NCBI GenBank assembly: GCA_016842065.1
Contig: JAEPDS010000014.1
Location: forward strand, 12,132-76,131
DNA length: 64,000 nt
Source: Candidatus Thiodiazotropha sp. 'RUGA'
Lineage (GTDB): Bacteria; Pseudomonadota; Gammaproteobacteria; Chromatiales; Chromatiaceae
Direction of reading: 5' to 3'
Below the pieces are notes generated by a model, which was given only the letters and a program-made list of their open reading frames with translations, had not been told where the DNA came from and ran no database searches. Below, piece by piece: positions 47,421 through 55,798 of this stretch. The position numbers were made by a program, and so were the translations under genes. Numbering within the stretch: position 1 is the stretch's first letter; the number at the start of each line of letters is the position of its first letter.

Positions 47421-49046
47421 TTAACTACCTAAATGGTGGTAGGCGGGGAGTGTCTGCAACCTGTTGTCAGGCTTTGCTTCGCCAACGGTAAAGTGATAGA
47501 GACTTTGCAATCCACTCTCTTTCAGCCCCGCAATCTGGTGAACCGAATCATCGAAAAAACAGCCGATGCCGGTACCTCTGACGCCATGGGCCTCCGCCTG
47601 CAGATAGAGTACCTGACCGATCAGCCCGGCCTCCCAGAATAGCTCTGGGTAGGCTAGCGGCCCTGACGTCTGTAACGCTGCGTCAAACTCCGCCAGCATG
47701 CCGAGGCTGAAAAAGCTGCTGGCAGCGATATCCTGATGGCAACTGAGGGCTCGGGCGGCTTTTTTTACCTCAGTAGCGACCAGCTGATGGAGCAGAATAT
47801 GGGCTGGACAGCCCTCAATAGGCTGCCAGCTGAAATCCTCATCCAGGCTCTGCTTCAGGAGCGGCAGTGCCTGTCGGGAGCGGGGCAGCAGATAGAGACC
47901 GGGTGACAGCCCGTCCACCCGGTGGACAAACAGCAGCAGATGTATTCGGGCCTGGTAGGGCCAGCTTTTCCATGGATGTTCGGTTGCTCGGGGCAGGCAG
48001 TGGTCGAGTATCTGATAGAAGTGGCTCAATGGCAGGATCGATTTGCCGTTGAAGGCCTGTGCACTTCGTCGCTGCAGAATGATCTGGTGGATCGGTTGGT
48101 CCGGTCCCCTGGCGGGTTCCGGGAGCGACTCCGTCAGGGGTAATTGTCGGCAGGCTGGGCACTCCATGAGGGGGTGTTCCAACTCATCGATCAGTGGCCA
48201 TTGGTGGCTTGGCTGCTGGCTGAGTCGATTGGCGGTGCCATGCCATTGTTTGGCTGTGGGGAGTTGCATTCCTTCACCACTACTCAGGTCTGATGGCTGA
48301 TCCGGCGGTTCCCGCAGACGGAATATCAGATCCGGGTATTCATTCTCCGCATCCTTGAAATCCTCCTGCCTGTCGAGCCCCAGCAGCCTGGCCAGCTCGC
48401 TGCGACTGAGTGGCAGACGTTGCAGGCAAACTCCCAGTGCGGCAGCCGAGTAGGCGAGGGCACCGATTGCATGACCGATGTCGAGCTGCACATAGCGATA
48501 GGCCCGTTCGCCATATTTCCAGGCTTCACGCCAGGCAATGCTGCTGAAGGCCAGCAGGATCTGCGACTGATTTGTTGCAGCTGATTCGGTTTCTGTACGT
48601 AGTTCCAGGGCGTGGGGATAGGGCGCATAGTGATAAACGCCATCCTTCAGCGACTTCAAGCCACTGACCAGCATGTAGGTTTCTGTCGGATGCAGATTGC
48701 CGCTGGAGGGATTGCAGCGCAGTGACCAGCGGTCAGGTCCGTAGACCTTCCAGGCGGCCAGGCCCATGCTGAAGCGCAACAGGCTGGAGATCTCGGTCAA
48801 TCCCCAATCCTTCAGGGCAAGCTGGGGTTGCCGGGTGTTGAGACTGTTGAAAGCCGCTTCGGGCAGTTCTTCAAAGTTCAGAGGAAGTTTGATCAGAGGT
48901 GCCGATTCAAACTCTCTGAATGGATTTGGTTGCTGCTCCCAGTCGAGATATTCCGGGCCGGCAGCGTATCGGTCGAAGTGGTGTTTGGTCCGCTCGTGAT
49001 AGGCGCGTACCAGCTCCAGGGTTGCTGTCGAGTGGTTTGCAATCAT
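47421..49046 (-). CDS. SagB/ThcOx-family nitroreductase-like dehydrogenase with two domains
   Basis: YHERTKH, LRCNPSSGNLHPTE, WREAWKYGERAYRY, RRSAQAF and GTGIGCFFDD. Confidence 0.9.
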   Translation of the reverse strand: MIANHSTATLELVRAYHERTKHHFDRYAAGPEYLDWEQQPNPFREFESAPLIKLPLNFEELPEAAFNSLNTRQPQLALKDWGLTEISSLLRFSMGLAAWKVYGPDRWSLRCNPSSGNLHPTETYMLVSGLKSLKDGVYHYAPYPHALELRTETESAATNQSQILLAFSSIAWREAWKYGERAYRYVQLDIGHAIGALAYSAAALGVCLQRLPLSRSELARLLGLDRQEDFKDAENEYPDLIFRLREPPDQPSDLSSGEGMQLPTAKQWHGTANRLSQQPSHQWPLIDELEHPLMECPACRQLPLTESLPEPARGPDQPIHQIILQRRSAQAFNGKSILPLSHFYQILDHCLPRATEHPWKSWPYQARIHLLLFVHRVDGLSPGLYLLPRSRQALPLLKQSLDEDFSWQPIEGCPAHILLHQLVATEVKKAARALSCHQDIAASSFFSLGMLAEFDAALQTSGPLAYPELFWEAGLIGQVLYLQAEAHGVRGTGIGCFFDDSVHQIAGLKESGLQSLYHFTVGEAKPDNRLQTLPAYHHLGS

Positions 49047-49148
49047 AGGGGGCGGTGACTGTACTTCACTCTGGTTTGGTGGTGCTCATTTGACCGATGT
49101 TGATACCAGTCGGCATCACCCTTCACCTTAGGCAGATCTTTCTGCGCT

Positions 49149-49385
49149 CTATGAGGCGGCCACTTCATCAGGAGTTTTGGCCCGTACGGTAAGGGCATGC
49201 AGTTCCCCGGAGGCGATCTCCTGATTGAAAAGGGTTAATATGGAACGTTGGCGCTGCAGGCTTTTCATATCGGCAAACGCCGGCGTGGTGACATTGACCT
49301 CAAAGCTGCAACTCTCTCCGGCAACGCTGATTTCCGCATCCGGATAGAGCTGTTTAATGCGATGCATCAAATCTTGTTCATTCAT
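49149..49385 (-). CDS. BolA/IbaG family protein
   Basis: F...K.LQRQR and ELHAL...KTP motifs; start at ATG 49385 (or 49418). Confidence 0.88.
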   Translation of the reverse strand: MNEQDLMHRIKQLYPDAEISVAGESCSFEVNVTTPAFADMKSLQRQRSILTLFNQEIASGELHALTVRAKTPDEVAAS

Positions 49386-49786
49386 GTCGATATCTCGTTG
49401 CTCAATTTGAACCGCCATCTTCTCACGGTTTCGCATCCCAATGGCAGAGTGTTTCGATCGGGAAATTGTGGAAATCTGGCTGAAAGTTGTTGAGTAACCC
49501 TCTTCGGCTCACTATACGGACTGCTAGTCGTTGCCTCAACTCACTGATCACCAGGGTGATATTTCGCTCTGTTATGAAGAACACGAGCTCATCCGGCCGT
49601 TGCCTGTTGTTGAGTATTTATCCCCTTAATAGTTTTCTGCAGAGAGATATTTGACACTCTGTTGCAGTTGGTGCAACGTTCTATTGATTCGGCGAGCCAA
49701 GCCTATACCAAAGGCGTGCTGAAAATCACTGTAAAGTGATCTGTAGGGCCGCCGGCTAATAATAAAATTCCGGCAGGAAGGTGACC

Positions 49787-50851
49787 ATGGATATCCATAA
49801 TAAACCGATTGAAGAGCGCATTGACTGGTTGTTCAACCACGCACACAACCACTCCTGTAACTACACCAATCCGGAAAACTGGTTGGCTCGTACCCGTTAT
49901 CTGGCAGAACACCCGACGGCGATTGCAGTACTGAAGTGTATGGATGGGCGAATCAATATCCCGATTGCCACCAACACCCCGAAAGGCATCATTCAGCCTT
50001 TCCGTAATCTGGGCGGCATGTTCGATCTGGGCTGGCCCCATCTGGGTGAAGTGCTGGCCAGCTATGTGCAGAACATAATTTCCGAAGGTCGCCACACCAT
50101 GATTCTGATCACCTACCACTTTTCCAAAGGTGATCCAAGTAGGGGGTGTGCCGGATTCAACTACGATACGGAGGCGGCAAAGGCCCATACCTTCGAGATC
50201 AAACGTCAGGTAGAAGCGGTATTTGGTGGAGGACACCAGACCGTCTATCCCATCGTCTGCGGTTTCGAAACCGACGAGGACGCCCTGATTCTGCATGGCA
50301 GCAACGGGGAGCTGCTGAACATGGCCGATATCAAGCCATTTGAAAGGGATACCCTGAGACCGCGGCTGGAAGCCCTGTTCCCGGATATGTCAAAGCAGAT
50401 GTGTGAGGATCTACTGCCGTTGATTGCAGGCAATCTCGATCATATCGAAGCGGCCAGGCAGGTCGACCGCGAACTGAATATCGAGCATCGGGAGTGGATG
50501 ATCTGTATCGGTCGTGGTTTCGACTTTCTGCACATGCCGAATATTGCACTGATCATCGGTCCATACAGTCCCAGCCTGGCCGATCCGATTCATAAAGCCG
50601 CCGGTATCATTGAGAGCAACATGAAGGCAGGCCGGATACCGGATGATGGTTTTCTGCTGTTTGCCTCGGTGCCTTTTCAGGATGTGGGTGTGGATCAGGC
50701 CAGGGCAAAGATGAAATCGAATTTTTTGTGTGATTTCGCTGCCAATGAGATTCGCCAGAGCAATCCGCAACTGGCTGAGAAAATGTATGTGAAATCTGCT
50801 GTACTGAATTGGCAGTCACGGGCACTTGAGATACTCAACGAACAGCACTGA
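49787..50851 (+). CDS. CsoSCA-like beta-carbonic anhydrase, short form, with no carboxysome genes in the window
   Basis: LKCMDGR (C-x-D-x-R) and HFSKGDPSRGCAGF resemble the Zn ligand motifs of carboxysomal CsoSCA; 354 aa. Confidence 0.75.
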   Translation: MDIHNKPIEERIDWLFNHAHNHSCNYTNPENWLARTRYLAEHPTAIAVLKCMDGRINIPIATNTPKGIIQPFRNLGGMFDLGWPHLGEVLASYVQNIISEGRHTMILITYHFSKGDPSRGCAGFNYDTEAAKAHTFEIKRQVEAVFGGGHQTVYPIVCGFETDEDALILHGSNGELLNMADIKPFERDTLRPRLEALFPDMSKQMCEDLLPLIAGNLDHIEAARQVDRELNIEHREWMICIGRGFDFLHMPNIALIIGPYSPSLADPIHKAAGIIESNMKAGRIPDDGFLLFASVPFQDVGVDQARAKMKSNFLCDFAANEIRQSNPQLAEKMYVKSAVLNWQSRALEILNEQH

Positions 50852-50935
50852 TACCGATAGGCCGGTTTAATAGATCGACAAACGTGTAGCTGGCCGCGTG
50901 ATTAGAGTAGCAGGCGCAGTTTATTGTACCCAGGA

Positions 50936-50951
50936 TGGCGCCAGGGTTGCA
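50936..50951 (+). promoter_or_regulatory. Candidate sigma54 -24/-12 promoter upstream of phnF
   Basis: TGGCGC-CAGGG-TTGCA has the spacing of the TGGCAC-N5-TTGCW consensus with one mismatch. Confidence 0.4.
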
Positions 50952-51208
50952 TTCACTACCTGCTGGGAGACCAGCAGGATCACATCAGAAACTTCTTAGA
51001 GAAGTCTGATCTTCTGTAGCGTCATGTTGCAGTCGCCAGTCCCCTTGAGGCTAAACAAAACACATCAATAACCTATTATCTGTTTGGCTTGAGCAGTGCA
51101 AGATCTTGAAAGAAAAATAAATAAATAAGTAATACAACTGCAATTCAGGCGTCAATCGAACGTTATATTCGACTGTTAGGGTAGCGCCACCTAACAGGAG
51201 ATATCTAG

Positions 51209-51940
51209 ATGTCTGTACAGATGGTGCGTAGAGGAAGCGGTGGGCTTCCCATCTATCGACAAATCAGTGATCTGTTGCGAAGAGAGATCCAGGATCTCTA
51301 TAAGGCAGGTGATGCTTTGCCCCCGGAAGGGGAGCTGGCAATACGATTCAATGTCAACCGCCATACCCTGAGAAGAGCGATTGATGAGCTCGTCAATGAA
51401 GGGCTGGTAATACGCCGGCACGGATCCGGTGTTTTCGTTTTGTCGCCAACAATTGATTACTGCATCAACGCGGAAACTCGCTTCACTGCCACACTCGAGA
51501 GCAAAGGCAAGACAACCCAAAGCAGAGTACTACGTAAACAGGTCATCCTGGCGAAGGGTGGTGTGGCCTCGCGCTTGCAGGTGCCGGTAGGGGAGGAGGT
51601 GATCTTTCTTGAGACCCTGCGCGAAGTAGACAACAAACCATTCTGTGTAATCTCCCACTTTCTGCCTTTACAACAGGTACCCCAGGTCCTGGCTGACTAC
51701 AACAGCGGTTCACTGCATGCCTTTCTCGAACAGCAGAGCAATATCAAGGTGATGCGAAGTGAGAGTCTGATCAGCGCTGTTATTCCTGAAGCTGATGATG
51801 CAGTTCTATTGAATATGCCCCGCAATCTACCGGTACTGCGGGTTAAGAGCGTCAATTTGGCGGTCCACAACAAGAGACCGGTGGAATATGTGGTAACGCG
51901 ATTCAGAGGCGATGCCACACAACTTTCTGTTAATCCCTAG
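51209..51940 (+). CDS. phnF: Phosphonate metabolism GntR/HutC regulator
   Basis: LPPEGELA.RFNVNRHTLRRAI HTH plus a UTRA domain; AGGAGA RBS. Confidence 0.95.
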   Translation: MSVQMVRRGSGGLPIYRQISDLLRREIQDLYKAGDALPPEGELAIRFNVNRHTLRRAIDELVNEGLVIRRHGSGVFVLSPTIDYCINAETRFTATLESKGKTTQSRVLRKQVILAKGGVASRLQVPVGEEVIFLETLREVDNKPFCVISHFLPLQQVPQVLADYNSGSLHAFLEQQSNIKVMRSESLISAVIPEADDAVLLNMPRNLPVLRVKSVNLAVHNKRPVEYVVTRFRGDATQLSVNP

Positions 51941-51969
51941 CAACATTACCCAACTGTCGAGGAAAAGTA

Positions 51970-52890
51970 ATGAAACTGAAGAAACTGTTAGCTGCGGGCA
52001 TCGCCGCAGTCATTTTATCCACTCCTGTGTTTGCAGCCAAGTTGCCGGATGGCAGCAAAGAGAACCCACTGCGTGTATTGATGATTCCAGCGGATACCGG
52101 AACCAATGATATCACCCAGGACTATGCCCCCGTGTTCAATGGCATTACCAAACACTACGGGATTCATTTCAAGCTGTCTGCAGGCGAAAGTTACGCGGCT
52201 GTGGTCGAAGGAATGTGCAATGATCAGGCTGATATCGCCTGGTATGGTGCAGTGACCTATGGACAGGCCAACGAGAAGTGTGGTGTTGACCTGTTGGCAG
52301 TGGATGTGAAAAAAGGTGATGCATCTTACTACTCCGGTATCTTTGTCGCCAAAGACAGCGGTATCAACACCATTTCAGACCTGAAGGGTAAAGGTGTAGC
52401 CTTCGGCAGCCCCAACTCCACTTCCTCCTTTAATTTTCCAGTAGCAATGCTGATTGCCGGTGAAATCGACCCGGTGAAGGATCTCAGCAAAGTGATCATT
52501 GCAGGCTCCCATTCTGCTTCGCTGGCTGCATTGGCTGAAGGTAAGGTTGACGCGGCTGCGGCTTCATACAACTCGTTTGGCAAGGCAGTAAAGAAGGGTG
52601 CTATTGATCCCGCCAAATTCAAGCCGCTGGTCAAATCCCAACCGATCCCCAATCCACCCCTGGCCATGAACAAGGGTATCTCTGACGACTTGAAAGCTAA
52701 GCTGCGGGTTGCTTTCAGTGAGATTCACACCAAGATTGCAGCGGAGAAGATCCGTGGTTATGGCGGCAAAAAGGTGGATCGTTATGACACCCAGTTTGAA
52801 GAGCAGAAAATCTTCGAGGCACTGGAGAAACTGGCTGCTGTGACCAAGCAGGTCAAGGCCGAAATGATCGACAAAGCCGGTCAGCGATAA
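51970..52890 (+). CDS. phnD: Phosphonate ABC transporter substrate-binding protein
   Basis: Signal peptide; SYAAVVEGM, YYSGIFV, GSPNSTSSFNFP and GSHSAS. Confidence 0.93.
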   Translation: MKLKKLLAAGIAAVILSTPVFAAKLPDGSKENPLRVLMIPADTGTNDITQDYAPVFNGITKHYGIHFKLSAGESYAAVVEGMCNDQADIAWYGAVTYGQANEKCGVDLLAVDVKKGDASYYSGIFVAKDSGINTISDLKGKGVAFGSPNSTSSFNFPVAMLIAGEIDPVKDLSKVIIAGSHSASLAALAEGKVDAAAASYNSFGKAVKKGAIDPAKFKPLVKSQPIPNPPLAMNKGISDDLKAKLRVAFSEIHTKIAAEKIRGYGGKKVDRYDTQFEEQKIFEALEKLAAVTKQVKAEMIDKAGQR

Positions 52891-52904
52891 ACGACTGTTA
52901 TGTA

Positions 52905-52948
52905 TGCGGCCATATGGCCGCAGCTAGGGGGCGGCATCGCCGTCCCCG
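52905..52948 (+). promoter_or_regulatory. Tandem palindromes after phnD (probable mRNA stabiliser)
   Basis: Perfect 18-bp palindrome TGCGGCCATATGGCCGCA followed by GGGGCGGC-ATC-GCCGTCCC. Confidence 0.55.
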
Positions 52949-52972
52949 TCACTGCAATTTCGAGGTGTCGCT

Positions 52973-53737
52973 ATGTTGAAATTCGAATCAGTCAGTCGTG
53001 TCTATGACGATGGTACGCGGGCGGTTGATGATGTCTCACTGCATGTCAAAAAAGGCGAGTTCTGCGTGCTGCTCGGTCCCTCAGGCGCCGGAAAGAGCAC
53101 CCTGATGAATATGGTCAACGGTGTGGTGGTGCCCAGCGGCGGCAAGCTCATCATTGGTGGTGAGATGCTTACCAAAAAGAATCGCGCCAGCATCCAGCGG
53201 CGGGTCGGCATGATCCACCAGCAACTGCACCTGGTACCCAGATTGTCCGTACTGCACAACGTGCTCTCCGGTCTGCTGCCGGGTACGGGTTTCTGGCGCA
53301 GTCTGCTGAAGTGGTTTCCCCTTGATGATCAGCTCACTGCTTGTCAACTGCTTCATGAGGTCGGCATGGAGGAGAAGCATCTCTACCGACGCGCATCGGA
53401 ACTTTCCGGTGGTCAGCAACAGCGGGTGGCAATCGCCCGCGCCTTCATCTCCAAACCAGAAGTGGTATTGGCTGATGAACCTGTGGCCAGTCTCGATCCG
53501 GCGATGAGTCGTAGTGTACTGGAGAGTTTGAAGAGCGCCGCCAGAAACCATGCGGCTACCGTCGTCTGTACTTTGCATCAGCTTGAATACGCACTTGAAT
53601 TCGCTGACCGTATCGTTGCCTTGCGTAAGGGTAAGGTGTTCTTCGATGGTCATCCATCGGAGCTGGATGAGGCAACCCAGTCAGAACTCTACGAATTGGC
53701 AAAACCAGTCGCAGAAGTTGCCCAGGAGGCAGCATGA
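52973..53737 (+). CDS. phnC: Phosphonate ABC transporter ATPase
   Basis: GPSGAGKS, LSGGQQQRVAIARA and LADEPVASLDP. Confidence 0.95.
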   Translation: MLKFESVSRVYDDGTRAVDDVSLHVKKGEFCVLLGPSGAGKSTLMNMVNGVVVPSGGKLIIGGEMLTKKNRASIQRRVGMIHQQLHLVPRLSVLHNVLSGLLPGTGFWRSLLKWFPLDDQLTACQLLHEVGMEEKHLYRRASELSGGQQQRVAIARAFISKPEVVLADEPVASLDPAMSRSVLESLKSAARNHAATVVCTLHQLEYALEFADRIVALRKGKVFFDGHPSELDEATQSELYELAKPVAEVAQEAA

Positions 53738-54732
53738 ACACAGATAGCGTTCAATCAAACTGGCAGCAGTGGCAACTGCACCGAAGTATCACGCCACGCA
53801 ATCTGTTGATCGCTTTCGTGGTCTTTGTGCTGCTCTCCATCTCAGCTCATAACACGGAGATGGACAAGGCATTTATGCAGACCTCACAGGCGTTGCTATC
53901 GGCTGTGGGAATTGGTGAATCACCGGTACTGGATGGTGCCATCCGTTTCGGCAGTCAAGCCTTTCCCTTGGTCATTTCGCAACGCACACCGGTCAATCGA
54001 CTGGACGAGTTCGATCGGGACAATCTGCCCCTTTTCGCATATATCGAGGTGGCTGAAGATCGGGATTATGACGCCCTGACCGATAGCTGGGAAGTGGAAA
54101 CCACCGAGTTTCTGGTAGAACCCGTCGGCTATCTGGTGAAGGTGTCCTGGAAGATGTGGGAGACCATCGAGATGGGGTTCTGGGGAACCTTCATCTCAAT
54201 CATGATCTCCTTACCCCTGGGCATCCTCTCCAGCCGTAACTACACGCCTCACCGAATTGTCTACAGCATCTCTCGCAGCTGGTTGAGTCTGCACCGGGCC
54301 ATGCCGGAGTTGATTATCGCTCTGTTTCTGGTGCTGATGTATGGATTCGGTCCGATTGCCGGCGTGTTGGCTCTGGCGATTCACACCAGTGGGGTATTGG
54401 GGAAATTTTTCGCTGACGAGATCGAGAATGCTCCTCCAGGGCCTCAGTTGGCACTCAAGGCTTCCGGTGCCAGTTCACTGAAGGTACTGCGTTATGCAGT
54501 ATTCCCCCACGTTTTCCCTGCCTGGATCGCTTATGTGCAATACATCTTCGAACGCAATATCCGTACCGCTACAGTATTGGGAATCGTTGGCGCCGGAGGT
54601 ATTGGCATGGAGTTGAAGGGGCGCTGGGATCTGTTCGACTACAGTCACGTCACCACGATTCTGCTGGCGATTTTTATCACTGTCCTACTACTCGAATACA
54701 TCTCACAGAAGATGCGTAACAAGACCCTATAA
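53734..54732 (+). CDS. phnE: Phosphonate ABC transporter permease
   Basis: ETIEMGFWGT, RAMPELIIAL, EIENAPPGP and FERNIRTATVLGIVGAGGIG. Reading frame intact. Confidence 0.95.
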   Translation: MNTDSVQSNWQQWQLHRSITPRNLLIAFVVFVLLSISAHNTEMDKAFMQTSQALLSAVGIGESPVLDGAIRFGSQAFPLVISQRTPVNRLDEFDRDNLPLFAYIEVAEDRDYDALTDSWEVETTEFLVEPVGYLVKVSWKMWETIEMGFWGTFISIMISLPLGILSSRNYTPHRIVYSISRSWLSLHRAMPELIIALFLVLMYGFGPIAGVLALAIHTSGVLGKFFADEIENAPPGPQLALKASGASSLKVLRYAVFPHVFPAWIAYVQYIFERNIRTATVLGIVGAGGIGMELKGRWDLFDYSHVTTILLAIFITVLLLEYISQKMRNKTL

Positions 54733-54786
54733 AGGCTCGGTCCAATAACACCTTTGTAATCAGCAACCGATCCATACAGTTGAAGA

Positions 54787-55251
54787 GTGAGTGAAATGAC
54801 AAGAGAAGAGTGGGTAAGCGCGCTGACAGCACTGCCCGAGAAGCGCCTGACGGAGTTGGTCAAAGGCTTTCCTGCAGATTGGAAAGTCCAACCCACAACC
54901 TTGCCACAGGTCGGTCTTGGCATGATGAAGATGAAAGAGAGTGCATTCAACGAATCGTTCTATCTTGGTGAGTTTCCCCTTGCCAGCTGTACGGTCACTG
55001 TCACCACCGATTCGGGTGAGTGTGCTGCAGGTGGTGCACTGGTAATGGATGACCGGATGGAGCGGGCTGAACAGCTGGCCGTCTGCGACGCGGTGATGAC
55101 TGGTCGATTGCCTGGCTGGCAAAAGGTCGAGGCACTTCTGCAAGAGGGCAGTGCACGGCGTGAGCAGATCAGCCGGGAGCGTAAAGCGATGCTGGCACGT
55201 ACCAAAGTGGATTTCTCTTTGCTTGAGGATGTGGGGGGTGAGGATGCTTGA
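54787..55251 (+). CDS. phnG: C-P lyase subunit PhnG
   Basis: GLGMMKMKE...FYLGE...CTV and AVCDA; expected operon position. Confidence 0.9.
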   Translation: MSEMTREEWVSALTALPEKRLTELVKGFPADWKVQPTTLPQVGLGMMKMKESAFNESFYLGEFPLASCTVTVTTDSGECAAGGALVMDDRMERAEQLAVCDAVMTGRLPGWQKVEALLQEGSARREQISRERKAMLARTKVDFSLLEDVGGEDA

Positions 55252-55798
55252 AGTGGCGCCCATCTGGCAACCGCACATCCAGCAGCAGAACTATCGTTTA
55301 CTACTGGAAGCCATGTCCCGACCCGGCACTGTGCATCCGATACAGGGTCTCAACAGAACCTCGAATTCCTTGCTGGCGGTATTGGCTGCTCTGCTCGATG
55401 GTTCGGTGCGTTTCTGTGACCTGAGTGAACGGCTTGAGACCTCAGACATCGCCTTGTTGCAAGCCATACAAACAGTACCGGAGGAGGCAGACTATCTGCT
55501 TTGCTCCGGTATTGACGCACCTGACTTCCAACCCAGGCTTGGCTCATTGGCCAGCCCGGAGCAATCGGCCACTCTGTTGGTTCATGTGGAGGCGCTGCAA
55601 GCGGGTGATCTGCAGCTCGATTTGACTGGACCCGGTATCAAGCAGAATCGGATCTGCAACATCCAGGGCCTCGATACCGATTGGTTGGTCAAACGTGAGA
55701 GCTGGGTGTGTGGCTTTCCTATGGGGGTCGATCTGATTCTGCTCGATCAGCAACAGTTGATGGCACTGCCCCGTACCACACGCGTGGAGGTGCACTGA
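55244..55798 (+). CDS. phnH: C-P lyase subunit PhnH
   Basis: QQNYRLLLEAMSRPG, GSLASPEQSATL, LTGPGIK, FPMGVDLIL and LPRTT. Start moved to ATG 55244. Confidence 0.92.
   Translation: MLEVAPIWQPHIQQQNYRLLLEAMSRPGTVHPIQGLNRTSNSLLAVLAALLDGSVRFCDLSERLETSDIALLQAIQTVPEEADYLLCSGIDAPDFQPRLGSLASPEQSATLLVHVEALQAGDLQLDLTGPGIKQNRICNIQGLDTDWLVKRESWVCGFPMGVDLILLDQQQLMALPRTTRVEVH

Noticed and set aside
47421-49046. Thiazole/oxazole RiPP biosynthetic cluster
   Set aside because: A SagB-like gene alone is insufficient; there is no YcaO, E1-like protein, precursor, protease or exporter nearby.
50852-51969. Pho box or PhnF operator
   Set aside because: No tandem 11-bp-period CTGTCAT repeat was found. The palindromes ATCTAGAT and GTCTGTACAGAT at the phnF start fit the HutC-type consensus poorly.
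53734-54732. Cryptic frameshifted phnE as in E. coli K-12
   Set aside because: The reading frame is continuous and all permease motifs are present.
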